A DNA stretch of 64,000 bases, taken from positions 32,001 to 96,000 of the IMG/VR virus record IMGVR_UViG_3300029957_000006. One strand, 5' to 3'. Positions 41,919 through 51,233 of this stretch are shown here, piece after piece. This DNA comes from a virus. The notes beneath the pieces were generated by a model that saw only the letters and a program-made list of their open reading frames with translations, was not told the origin of the DNA and ran no database searches. Numbering within the stretch: position 1 is the first letter of the stretch; each line of letters begins with the position of its first letter. The position numbers and the translations under genes were made by a program.

Positions 41919-42359
41919 CTAATCCTCAAGAATATAATCTTTAAACAAGTCCAAAAATGTAATTCCTAAAAACTTAGCTTGATCTTCACTTTCTACATAA
42001 AGGGCCGATGGAACATCCGTATCAGTATTATTATAATAAGTATCATAAGACGAAAAACCTTGCTCCAAATCAAACCAAACTCTATATTTACGTTGATTGG
42101 TGTTAGACCAAACTGGTTTCCAATTAGTAAATGATCGGATTGCCTTAACAATTATTTTAAGTTTTCTAAGTGCAATCTCATTCTTATCTAAACCATCAAG
42201 TTTAGAGTTGAATTGGCTTACATTGATGTTTTGTTGTTCGCAAGCCTTATCAAAGGATGTAATATCCTTGTAAGATTTAATTTTACTAGTCTGTCTAGCT
42301 ATTTCAGCTAATTGTTCATCAGTTAAGGTGATTGAAACACCATTGATATCTATTTTCAT
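41919..42359 (-). CDS. DGR target protein 1
   Basis: Contains VR1 (GFSSYDTYYNNTDTDVPSA); paralogue of 43566 and 44175 ORFs (SFxxAC, KLKII.KA, W.P.W). Confidence 0.9.
   Translation of the reverse strand: MKIDINGVSITLTDEQLAEIARQTSKIKSYKDITSFDKACEQQNINVSQFNSKLDGLDKNEIALRKLKIIVKAIRSFTNWKPVWSNTNQRKYRVWFDLEQGFSSYDTYYNNTDTDVPSALYVESEDQAKFLGITFLDLFKDYILED
42003..42059 (-). repeat. DGR variable repeat VR1 (57 bp)
   Basis: 6 mismatches to TR, all at TR adenines. Confidence 0.93.
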
Positions 42360-42412
42360 GTTGAGTTTTGTTTAGGACACAAAGGTATGAAAAAAAATTG
42401 AAACAACCAAAT

Positions 42413-43381
42413 TTAATTCAACATTGTTTTATTACTTAATAGTTTCTTCATTAAATGTCTTGCATTACAATGCATTGACCAACCACTATATGCTGAAAAT
42501 GATCTTATCTTTCTTCGTTTATACATCATTCTAGCAAAGCTCTTTTTGATTGATTTTCTAAGCAATACATGAGTATGAAAGAATACATAACCAACAAAAT
42601 CTATTCCTCTGATTTCAACCATAAAGACTTGATAGTTGTCTTTTATAGTCAATTTTAATTTGCTTCCAAGATACTCTCTCATTTCAGCTAACAAAGCATG
42701 CAAATAGGCTTTACTACCAGATAATATGACAATATCATCAGCATATCTAAAACAATATTTTACACCTTTAACCTCTTTCAACCAATGATCAAAATAAGTT
42801 AGATATAAATTAGCAAAGTATTGACTTAAATAATTACCAATTGGAATACCATCAGCACTATCAATAATCTCATCTAACAACCATAACAAATCTTTATCCT
42901 TGATTTTTCGTCTAATGATTTGTTTTAATATCTCATGATCAATACTTGGATAGAATTGTTTGATATCAATCTTCAGACAATAAGTTGTATTAGGAACATC
43001 CTTGAGTGCTTTTTTAAGGGCATTAGCTGCCCCATGAATGCCTCTTCCTTTAATACAGCTATAAGTATTGGAAGTAAACAAAGATGTGAAGATAGGTTCT
43101 AATTTGTTCATTATTGCATGATGAACAATCCTATCTGGATAATAAGGTAAGCTGGAAATTATTCGTTCCTTACCTTCGAAGATTTTAAACGTTTTATATG
43201 TTGAAGTTCTAAAAGTTTTATTTAATAGTGCTTCATTTAATTTTAAAATATTTAAATCTTTTTCTTTGTCATGTAAAACAACATCATATCTATTACGTTT
43301 ACTCTTCCTAGCTTTTAAATCAGCCAGTTCCAAGTTTTCAATATCACAAATGTCATTGTAAAGATTTCCTACTCTCTTCAT
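42413..43381 (-). CDS. DGR reverse transcriptase
   Basis: PDRIVHHAI, LKIDIKQFYPSIDH, GIPIGNYLSQYFAN (DGR SQ motif), RYADD, GIDFVGY; 322 aa, no maturase/En domain. Confidence 0.95.
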   Translation of the reverse strand: MKRVGNLYNDICDIENLELADLKARKSKRNRYDVVLHDKEKDLNILKLNEALLNKTFRTSTYKTFKIFEGKERIISSLPYYPDRIVHHAIMNKLEPIFTSLFTSNTYSCIKGRGIHGAANALKKALKDVPNTTYCLKIDIKQFYPSIDHEILKQIIRRKIKDKDLLWLLDEIIDSADGIPIGNYLSQYFANLYLTYFDHWLKEVKGVKYCFRYADDIVILSGSKAYLHALLAEMREYLGSKLKLTIKDNYQVFMVEIRGIDFVGYVFFHTHVLLRKSIKKSFARMMYKRRKIRSFSAYSGWSMHCNARHLMKKLLSNKTMLN

Positions 43382-43484
43382 CCTTTGCTTTAATAGGAGC
43401 GTTTTCCGCAGATACTAACACCTAACTAAATTATGTAATTTTTTACCATGTTGGTAAGGTCTGTGCCGTTATGTTTAAGCAAGT

Positions 43485-43543
43485 TGCTGATGGAACATTC
43501 GTATTAGTATTATTATAATTAGTATCATAATACGAAAAACCGC
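43485..43543 (-). repeat. DGR template repeat TR
   Basis: Intergenic GCGGTTTTTCGTATTATGATACTAATTATAATAATACTAATACGAATGTTCCATCAGCA; AAT-rich, aligns to three VRs. Confidence 0.93.
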
Positions 43544-43565
43544 ATCCGTTTGGCACACAACCCTT

Positions 43566-44120
43566 TTATGAGTAGTATTCTTTATATTCTTCTAACGCAA
43601 TTTCAATGACATATTTTGCAAGTTCTTGGCTTCTAAGACAAAGGGCCGATGGAACAGCCGTATAAGTACTAGTAAAATGATAAGAAGCATCATAAAACGA
43701 AAAACCGCCCTTCATTCTAAAGTAATTATACCATTTCGCTTCATTTTCGTCTTTCCAGTTTGGATACCAACCTTCATTTAGGGCTTTGATAATTACCTTA
43801 AGCTTCTTAAATGCAACTTCATCAGGTGTATCATTGGAATGATAAACTTCTTTTGGGTTGAGATCGAGAACCTTGCAAGCATCCAAAAACGATTTTACTC
43901 GATCTCTAATATTTTTTGGTATTGAGAAAAATTTCTTCAAAACATTAGTTTGCTTCTCATCAGATGCTTTAAACATCTCATCAACTTCAGATTGTGTAAA
44001 AGAAATTTCATTTTCAAATGGATTTCTTTTAGCATAATCTTCAATCTTGGTTTTCCAACCAGAACAAGCAATGTTATAAATTTCTTTAAGGTTGTCTCTA
44101 CTAATTGTTTGATTTTTCAT
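43566..44120 (-). CDS. DGR target protein 2
   Basis: Contains VR2 (GFSFYDASYHFTSTYTAVPSA). Confidence 0.9.
   Translation of the reverse strand: MKNQTISRDNLKEIYNIACSGWKTKIEDYAKRNPFENEISFTQSEVDEMFKASDEKQTNVLKKFFSIPKNIRDRVKSFLDACKVLDLNPKEVYHSNDTPDEVAFKKLKVIIKALNEGWYPNWKDENEAKWYNYFRMKGGFSFYDASYHFTSTYTAVPSALCLRSQELAKYVIEIALEEYKEYYS
43644..43706 (-). repeat. DGR variable repeat VR2 (63 bp)
   Basis: Adenine-only substitutions plus in-frame 6-nt insertion relative to TR. Confidence 0.9.
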
Positions 44121-44174
44121 ATTTTTCTTTTAGATGATTACAAAGGTACATAAAAAATTTCAATCTACCAAATT

Positions 44175-44690
44175 TTATTGATAATAATCTTTATATAAAT
44201 GAATAAATTTTTTGCCACAGAATACAGCCAATTTTTCAGATTTTAAATAAAGGGCCGATGGAACAGCCGTAACAGTATGACCACAATGAGTATCATAATA
44301 CGAAAAACCGCCTTTGAGGTTAAAATATGGAAAGTATTTGTTTTCATTACCATCCTCCCAATTAGGATACCAACCTTCATTTAATACTTTGATAATGATT
44401 GTTAATTGATATTCAGCTAAAAATTTCTTACCATTAAAACAATCAAAATTAGGAAGTATTTTTGAAATACCTAATTTATCACAAGCATCTTCAAATGAAC
44501 TAATACCAATTGATTGACCAAAGGCTTCAATTGAAGCTTCTGCAATTTTAGCTTTTTCGGTATTAGATGTTATACCAAGTATTGTTGCAACGTCATCAGC
44601 TCGACCAAGAAATTCAATATCATTATACTTAGTTGATATGATCTTGGTCCAGTTTTTAACTGTATGTGATTTAGCAAATAGTTTCAACAT
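44175..44690 (-). CDS. DGR target protein 3
   Basis: Contains VR3 (GFSYYDTHCGHTVTAVPSA); likely start ATG 44690. Confidence 0.9.
   Translation of the reverse strand: MLKLFAKSHTVKNWTKIISTKYNDIEFLGRADDVATILGITSNTEKAKIAEASIEAFGQSIGISSFEDACDKLGISKILPNFDCFNGKKFLAEYQLTIIIKVLNEGWYPNWEDGNENKYFPYFNLKGGFSYYDTHCGHTVTAVPSALYLKSEKLAVFCGKKFIHLYKDYYQ
44253..44309 (-). repeat. DGR variable repeat VR3 (57 bp)
   Basis: All mismatches to TR at adenines (AAT>CAT, TAT>TGT, AAT>GGT, AAT>CAT, AAT>GTT, AAT>GCT, TCA>TCG, GCA>GCC). Confidence 0.93.
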
Positions 44691-44691
44691 T

Positions 44692-45159
44692 TTATTTTGG
44701 ATTAGTTTCAAGATATGTACCAGATAAACCATATTTGTTTAAAACGGCAAATCTAGCACCTAAAACTTTTATTGGTTTATTGGTTAAATTTTTACATACA
44801 AAAGAATCATAGTTGTATGGATTATATGTTATGATAGCTGGTAATTGTTCATTTCGTGATTCACATTCTTCAGCTGTTGTGGCCATGCCACCTTGTTTGG
44901 TTATAATGCCTTTAGCAAATGCATGTACATTCTTTTCTTTCGTTTGTCTGACACGTTTATTTCCAACTTTAGATACTACAAATTTTACATCACGTAGCAT
45001 GATACAATCAGTATGTCCAACTACTACAGAATTCTGTAATATAGAATAAACAACACCTTTTCGTGTTAGACATCGATAAACACAAACTGGCTTATCCAAG
45101 TTTATTTCTCTATCCTTATAGGGAGTAATTCGATTACCCAAGCCATAGTTTCTCATCAA
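44692..45159 (-). CDS. conserved hypothetical phage protein
   Basis: F.VSK.G..RV....KNVHAF..G, ITYNPY pattern. Confidence 0.65.
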   Translation of the reverse strand: MMRNYGLGNRITPYKDREINLDKPVCVYRCLTRKGVVYSILQNSVVVGHTDCIMLRDVKFVVSKVGNKRVRQTKEKNVHAFAKGIITKQGGMATTAEECESRNEQLPAIITYNPYNYDSFVCKNLTNKPIKVLGARFAVLNKYGLSGTYLETNPK

Positions 45160-45422
45160 TTGATTTTGTTAATTAACAAAGGTAATGAATTTTTTTCATA
45201 TAACCAAATTATTAATTTCTAAAACTAACTTTACAATTTTTACAAGACATAAATTCAAATAAGATAGATGTTCCTTTAACAGTATTCCAATGATTACACT
45301 GGGCACAATAAATATCACAACCCATTCGATCACCAGAATAAGTTAAGTCTTCACTCCATGTACCAATGAATTCACGATACTGACCTTTAGCACCATGTAT
45401 TGGTTTAGGTTCTGTTATATTT

Positions 45423-45929
45423 TCAAAGTACTCCATCTTGTTCAATGCTATTTAAATTTGACAATAGATTCTCTTTTATCATTATATGAAGATGAGGGTT
45501 ATCAATTATTTCTTTTCTTAATTGATCAGGATTTGATCTTCTGGTTTTAATATCAAATACAGGTTGATCACCATAATGAAAATCTACAATATTGCCATTT
45601 TCCCATTCTACACGAACATCACCCCATCTATAATCCAATTCAATAGGATCATAATAAGTATGATAACTAAGATACATTTCATGTACTTTACGAGTTTTTA
45701 TATCACAGTATGTAGAAACTCGTCTATCAATCTTATATAGTTGTTTAACCTTATATTGCATATTACGAATCAAGTGTATATATTGAGAATCAATACACTG
45801 AATTCCATATGCCGTATAAGCAGAACTTATCCTACGATCAGCAACATCAGTTATGAAAATAGATTGATCGATATAAATCTTATCAAAATCTATTCCTTCT
45901 TCAAATTCTAATTCATATTGCATATCCAT
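45423..45929 (-). CDS. hypothetical protein
   Basis: ORF after TAGGTTTG promoter box at 45951. Confidence 0.6.
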   Translation of the reverse strand: MDMQYELEFEEGIDFDKIYIDQSIFITDVADRRISSAYTAYGIQCIDSQYIHLIRNMQYKVKQLYKIDRRVSTYCDIKTRKVHEMYLSYHTYYDPIELDYRWGDVRVEWENGNIVDFHYGDQPVFDIKTRRSNPDQLRKEIIDNPHLHIMIKENLLSNLNSIEQDGVL

Positions 45930-46049
45930 GAGTTAATGTATTTGTGTTGACAAACCTAATACAACCAAAAAAAGAAATATTAGATACCAAAAGAAAAATT
46001 TATCTCCATCAAACTTTCTTTTTATTTTTTTAAAATAAACCATTTATTT

Positions 46050-47183
46050 TTATGAATTAATTTCATTAATTATCACATGTGCTTCATCTAACAATGGTGG
46101 TTCTAGTTTTGTAATCATCTTTTCAATTGCAACCAAAGGAACCATTGCTTCTCGATTTCTATTTTGACTCACTAGTGTTTTATAAGGAACCTCAATATAG
46201 ATGATCTTTACTCGTCCACCATATGATCTGAATAAGTCAATTAATTGACCTCTCATGTCTTTTGTTATATTTGTTGCGTTCCAAACGAAGTTTTGTTTTT
46301 TACGCATGAATTCTTTTGCTCGTTCTTTTGCAATTTGAATTACAGTACCATTTGCTTTCTTATCTGTTGGTTTAACCTTAAGCTCAACCCTGATACCATC
46401 AAGACTTACAATTCCATATCCATCAAGATGCTTACCAATATAAGTATCCTTTCCAGAACCTGGCAAGGCTGACATCATCACAACTTCAAACTTAGTTTCA
46501 TCAAATGGTTCATAATTCAAATAACCACCTTCTGATAAATAAGTGAATCTACTTAATTCACTGGTAAACTTTCTTGGACCATACAAACACTCTAAATCAG
46601 CTGCATACAATTTGAAGTATTCAATCTTTTCCAATTGCTCAGCTTCATCATTACATATCCGACCAAGAATATCAGCCTTAGATAACATAGCTAACCAATG
46701 TATTGGTAATTGCATTGAAATACTAACTATGCTTCTTTCCACTCCAGAATCAGTAAGACTGTATAGAGGCTTGCCATGCCATCTAACCATCTTGCAAATA
46801 ATTTCTCTCGTTTCAAAAGGACACTCATATTCTTTGTACAAAAGAATTCTAGCTGTGAATTCTCCACGCTTTGCATGTCTTGGTGCTGTGATACATATTC
46901 GTCCATCACGTTCTTCTTCCATCGTTGTTGAACGCTTTTCGATATCATGCATCAATGCACTCGTGAATACAATGTGCTTACTAGCTTCATTCAGTTCAAT
47001 AAACTCTGGTAGCTTAATGAGTGCTTCACATACCATCTTGGTATGAATTTGAACATCACCTTCAGCATGCCAGATAGCATCTTGTGGAATAGCTTTCATA
47101 TCACGAAACCACTCACAGTTCTTCTCTATGGCTTCCCAATTGGGTCCAGTATTTACATCGTAATATTTAAATTTCCAACTCAT
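46050..47183 (-). CDS. HD-domain / P-loop polynucleotide-kinase-like fusion
   Basis: WHAEGDV..HT, LMHDIEK, ALPGSGKDT, VWNATN. Confidence 0.85.
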   Translation of the reverse strand: MSWKFKYYDVNTGPNWEAIEKNCEWFRDMKAIPQDAIWHAEGDVQIHTKMVCEALIKLPEFIELNEASKHIVFTSALMHDIEKRSTTMEEERDGRICITAPRHAKRGEFTARILLYKEYECPFETREIICKMVRWHGKPLYSLTDSGVERSIVSISMQLPIHWLAMLSKADILGRICNDEAEQLEKIEYFKLYAADLECLYGPRKFTSELSRFTYLSEGGYLNYEPFDETKFEVVMMSALPGSGKDTYIGKHLDGYGIVSLDGIRVELKVKPTDKKANGTVIQIAKERAKEFMRKKQNFVWNATNITKDMRGQLIDLFRSYGGRVKIIYIEVPYKTLVSQNRNREAMVPLVAIEKMITKLEPPLLDEAHVIINEINS

Positions 47184-47413
47184 AAATTATGTATATAATG
47201 CACCATAATCTTTAACTTCAACTACAATGAAATCATATTTCTTTTTAACCCAGTTAATTACTTGTTTCTTTGTTAATCGTTTGTAATTTGGATCAACACC
47301 ATCATATACTAATTCATTATCTTTCCATACTCGATAACAAACAGCACTACCATATCTAGCTGGTACATGATATGGTATTCTCCATTTTTTTACTATTTTA
47401 GCAACAGCTATAT

Positions 47414-47740
47414 TCATAATTCATTACTTTTTTCAAATGCTAATTCTTTTGAACTTTCAATCATTTTATAAAGATCATCTGGATGTAAACCTTCATTCCA
47501 TTCTAATCCACCACTAATATGAAACCGTTCACACTTCATGTGACATTCATCTTTACAAAGCGTAATACCATTTTCCTTTACATATCCACCATTTGGCATT
47601 TCACTCCGATCTGTAATATGATGAGCATCCAATTCTTCAGTATCTGTATGTTTCTTTTTACAGACCTGACAAATATTTTTATCTCTTTTAAAAACAGCTG
47701 TTCTAAACTGCTCTCTTATTTGTTTCTTATTAGTCATCAT
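47414..47740 (-). CDS. HNH endonuclease
   Basis: RD..ICQVC, DAHHI, NGITLC..CH. Confidence 0.8.
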   Translation of the reverse strand: MMTNKKQIREQFRTAVFKRDKNICQVCKKKHTDTEELDAHHITDRSEMPNGGYVKENGITLCKDECHMKCERFHISGGLEWNEGLHPDDLYKMIESSKELAFEKSNEL

Positions 47741-48231
47741 CCGAATTCAATCATTCCATTTGGATACTCATTCCAAAATTTAGTTAGTGCTTGTATTGTG
47801 TCTTCTTCTGACATATGAAATGCTAAAGCATTTTTATTATCCGATATATACTTTAGTGTTTGATCTAATGAAAATAATTGTACTTCAGTATATTTACTTC
47901 TAAAAATATCATGAGGTAATTTACCATTATCAGCAAATAATCCTTTACCAACTACATAACGATATAAAATATTTTCATCATCTGGTTGTTTATTAAACAC
48001 AGCTTGCATACAGAAGCCATTTTCAACAAGTCTCAATTGTCTTTTTCTAACTTCTAGATGATAATCACAATATTCTTGTGACCAATTGTATGTAACTCTT
48101 GCATGATCATTTGGATTATCACAAATCTCTTTCCATTTATCCATCCATTTTTTATGATCATTAATCCAAATTTTTCGTGCTTCTTCAGCTGTACGTTCTA
48201 TTTTAGTAAAGAACCAAGTATGACATCCCAT
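47737..48231 (-). CDS. hypothetical protein
   Basis: ORF in operon. Confidence 0.6.
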   Translation of the reverse strand: MGCHTWFFTKIERTAEEARKIWINDHKKWMDKWKEICDNPNDHARVTYNWSQEYCDYHLEVRKRQLRLVENGFCMQAVFNKQPDDENILYRYVVGKGLFADNGKLPHDIFRSKYTEVQLFSLDQTLKYISDNKNALAFHMSEEDTIQALTKFWNEYPNGMIEFG

Positions 48232-48232
48232 A

Positions 48233-48946
48233 TTATTTATTTTTTGCTTCCAATTCGTGTTTAAGAACTGCTCGTGTTATTGTTTTGCTCCAATGCACAT
48301 CTGTTTGTACATGATTTTTTCGTACATATTTAAATACATTCTTAGCAAACGCATCAACATCATATTCTTCAATGTTTCTACTTACAATTCCTTCACGTGT
48401 ACAATCCATTGGTGGATTGGTATTATTTTGAATTGATCCAAATACACTTGGCTTGCTAGCTAAATCCAATACCGTTTGTTTAATAAGATCAGTATCTTGA
48501 GTACCTTGAATTAATAACTCTGGAACAACTGGCAAGTCAAACATGGTAGCATACCATTTTGTTTCTTCCCATGATAACCATTTATCTAGTATCCTAACTC
48601 CAAAGACATAAAAGTGTTCTTCTAATCGTGGATAAATAATTGAATGAATAGCATATAAGTTTTCACCAAATATTTCAAGATTATTTTCTTTCAAATCAGT
48701 TGCCATAACACTTTGTTTTATCTTTAGGTGATTGGCCCAAGGATGAAGTGTTGGTGCAGCATGTGATCGAGCAAATACACCTAATGGTGATAAACAAGTG
48801 TTTTCACCATCCATCTTTTCAGTATGAAGTATGGTCTTAAATGATTTCACTTCTTCACGCCAATTACGATTTATCCGATCATCGGAGGTCGTACCAGGAC
48901 TGAAGTCATAGTGATAGGTTCTTCCATATTTTGTTGATATACTCAT
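48233..48946 (-). CDS. ATP-dependent RNA ligase family protein
   Basis: KYGRTYH, TEKMDGEN (KxDG), FGEN, EGIV, KYVR. Confidence 0.88.
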   Translation of the reverse strand: MSISTKYGRTYHYDFSPGTTSDDRINRNWREEVKSFKTILHTEKMDGENTCLSPLGVFARSHAAPTLHPWANHLKIKQSVMATDLKENNLEIFGENLYAIHSIIYPRLEEHFYVFGVRILDKWLSWEETKWYATMFDLPVVPELLIQGTQDTDLIKQTVLDLASKPSVFGSIQNNTNPPMDCTREGIVSRNIEEYDVDAFAKNVFKYVRKNHVQTDVHWSKTITRAVLKHELEAKNK

Positions 48947-49293
48947 ATTTGTCTTCCTAATGCTGATGGGTTAGGAACATACTCATCAGCGTTTTCATTA
49001 TTCATTTCCCAATAAAAAATCTCCCAGTATCCAGACAAAGAGTAACCCATGTCACGATACATTTGTCGCATAACTTCTGAGTTCTTAGTATAACCCATTG
49101 CATTAAACAATATCCAAATATCGTTTAAATTAAGTTTGCCACCAATTAAATCCCTAACAGTTGGATTAGCTTTCCAACGATAAGTACCATGTTCGTCTTC
49201 AATTATTTCGTGTTTATGATGCTTTTCTTTTTTAAGCATTTCACGATAATCTTTGCTGGCTTTACCAACTTCTGTTCTAGTTAATGTTTTCAT
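48943..49293 (-). CDS. hypothetical protein
   Basis: ORF in operon. Confidence 0.6.
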   Translation of the reverse strand: MKTLTRTEVGKASKDYREMLKKEKHHKHEIIEDEHGTYRWKANPTVRDLIGGKLNLNDIWILFNAMGYTKNSEVMRQMYRDMGYSLSGYWEIFYWEMNNENADEYVPNPSALGRQI

Positions 49294-49606
49294 TTTTGTG
49301 TTTTAAGATTACATCATCTGATATCTTGTAAGCAAGTATTGCCAATTGATTGTAATAAGTCATAGTTAAATCAATGATCTTATCAATATCACTCTTGGTG
49401 CAATAAATGCGTACTGGAATCATTCGTTCAGCATGAAGTTCACCTATTGGTGAAATCCATTGTCCCTTTGCTGGAGTAAGTATTGTCAAGCCATTGGCTA
49501 ATGCTCTTACCTTAGCATCCCATACTCTGTGATATCGGGTTCTATAAGGCTTACCTTCATTAGATATGGTTGGGACAAGAATTTCCCAGAGACTCTTTGG
49601 TTCCAT
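49277..49606 (-). CDS. hypothetical protein
   Basis: ATG 4 nt after promoter box at 49611. Confidence 0.65.
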   Translation of the reverse strand: MEPKSLWEILVPTISNEGKPYRTRYHRVWDAKVRALANGLTILTPAKGQWISPIGELHAERMIPVRIYCTKSDIDKIIDLTMTYYNQLAILAYKISDDVILKHKNENIN

Positions 49607-49651
49607 AGAACAAAGGTACTAAAAAAAATCTGAATAAACAAATTGGATTTG

Positions 49652-49724
49652 AGCTCCCACCCAAATTCGAATTGGGGCTTCTACCTTACCAAGGTAGTGT
49701 ACTAACCGACTATACTACAGGAGC
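49652..49724 (-). tRNA. tRNA-Thr(GGT)
   Basis: Cloverleaf; anticodon arm CTACC-TTGGTAA-GGTAG; TTCGAAT T-loop. Confidence 0.9.
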
Positions 49725-50197
49725 ATTTTTAAAAGACTTGTTGGATCAGCCAAGTTAACTGGTTGGGATTCACCTAATGACCATAAGGCCCAATCACCTT
49801 CATATTTATTATAGAGTTCCAAGTGAAGCATACTAGTTGATGGGACCTTGCCTTTGTCTTTTAAAAGAACTGGGACCACCTTACCTAATAAATATCCTTC
49901 ATTTACTATATCACCAACCTTCAGTGTTTCGTTGGCAATAACTTCACCATAGTTGATCGTTCCAGACCTACTTTTGATTGCAATTGCTTGTGTATTATTC
50001 CACCAAGGCATTTGAACCTTTTCACCAGTAAACCATTCAATTGCTACAACTTCACCATCTTCTATTGCGAAAACTTCATCACCTTCATTGCAATAAAGAT
50101 CAACACCAGTATGTATATCGTGTTTACGAGTAACACCAAAGGCACCTAATTCATTCCCAATTGGAATTTCGTATTTATAGTTCTTAAGCGGAAACAT
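49715..50197 (-). CDS. M23 family peptidase
   Basis: HTGVD and HLE zinc motifs. Confidence 0.85.
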   Translation of the reverse strand: MFPLKNYKYEIPIGNELGAFGVTRKHDIHTGVDLYCNEGDEVFAIEDGEVVAIEWFTGEKVQMPWWNNTQAIAIKSRSGTINYGEVIANETLKVGDIVNEGYLLGKVVPVLLKDKGKVPSTSMLHLELYNKYEGDWALWSLGESQPVNLADPTSLLKMLL

Positions 50198-50852
50198 TGT
50201 AACCTTTTACTGATTCAAGCAAATCTCTTTCTTCTTTCAATTTGATCTTTTTATTCTCATGCTTACGATACCATTTAGGATAATTATTTCCAGTCCAAGG
50301 ATGACCATTAGCAACTTGATAAAGCATCTTTTCATTCTCAGCATCCATTTGATAAAGAACACCATCATGTTCTCTTCTATGTGTGATAAATGATTTAGTT
50401 ATCTTCACAACCAATTCATATGATAAGGTACAGATATATGATTTGTCAGTATAACCATATCTCCAGTATCTTCTTTCTTTAGATGTATCCTCGTAGAAGA
50501 ACTTCTTAGCTGTTGCTGAAAGATTATCATAAGTCATCTTATTGATCTTCTTCAATTTTGGCTTAATGATTTCCCAACGCTTGGTTTTACGATTCTTGTA
50601 TTTGAAGTCTGGGTTCTTGGACCAGATTCTATCGTTACAAGTATTTAAAGCCTCTTTATACGCAGCTGAATCATCACGTCTTAAGATATCATCACGAAGG
50701 GTCCATTCAGCATTATAGCCATGATGAATAGGTTCTTCCAATTCAACCCAACCTTGATTGCGGATAGAATCACGGATTTGATCGGCATTCATTTTAAGAC
50801 GAATGATCTCTTTTTCCTTGAAGAAGAATTTATTGCGTTTTTTTCTACTCAT
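50184..50852 (-). CDS. hypothetical basic protein
   Basis: ORF in operon. Confidence 0.6.
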   Translation of the reverse strand: MSRKKRNKFFFKEKEIIRLKMNADQIRDSIRNQGWVELEEPIHHGYNAEWTLRDDILRRDDSAAYKEALNTCNDRIWSKNPDFKYKNRKTKRWEIIKPKLKKINKMTYDNLSATAKKFFYEDTSKERRYWRYGYTDKSYICTLSYELVVKITKSFITHRREHDGVLYQMDAENEKMLYQVANGHPWTGNNYPKWYRKHENKKIKLKEERDLLESVKGYNVSA

Positions 50853-50883
50853 TTAAATAAATATACTACAATATGTTTAAAAA

Positions 50884-51195
50884 TCAATATTTAATTTTAC
50901 TTAAATCTATCCAACCGATAACCTTAAAATCTGGTTCTTTAACTTGTGGTTTAAATGTTATTTGTTGTTTTTTTAATTTTTCTCGATCCTTCTCTTTTAT
51001 TTCTTTTCCATTTCGCCCTAAATGGTATTTATGACAAACCTTACATCGATATGGAACAACTTTATTGATTCTATGATCTAAACTGTTTAAGGCTTTTGCT
51101 GCTTCAATAGCTTCATCTTGAGTATTAAAAACCTTTTTTGGTTTCCATACCTTACGTCCATCAGGCTCTATTCTAACTAATGTGTTACAATCCAT
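50884..51195 (-). CDS. hypothetical protein with Y.C..C..YH zinc-binding motif
   Basis: PYRCKVCHKYHLG; ATG 4 nt after promoter box at 51200. Confidence 0.65.
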   Translation of the reverse strand: MDCNTLVRIEPDGRKVWKPKKVFNTQDEAIEAAKALNSLDHRINKVVPYRCKVCHKYHLGRNGKEIKEKDREKLKKQQITFKPQVKEPDFKVIGWIDLSKIKY

Positions 51196-51233
51196 ATCGC
51201 AAAGGTAATGAAAAAAATTATTAATTCAAACAA

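Larger units (their letters stand above)
41919..44690 (-). mobile_element. diversity-generating retroelement: target3, target2, TR, RT, target1
   Basis: DGR-type RT plus one TR and three VRs differing from TR only at TR adenines. Confidence 0.95.

Noticed and set aside
42413-43381. RT as group II intron, retron or Abi RT
   Set aside because: SQ motif, short length, no maturase domain, and adenine-specific TR/VR pairs identify a DGR
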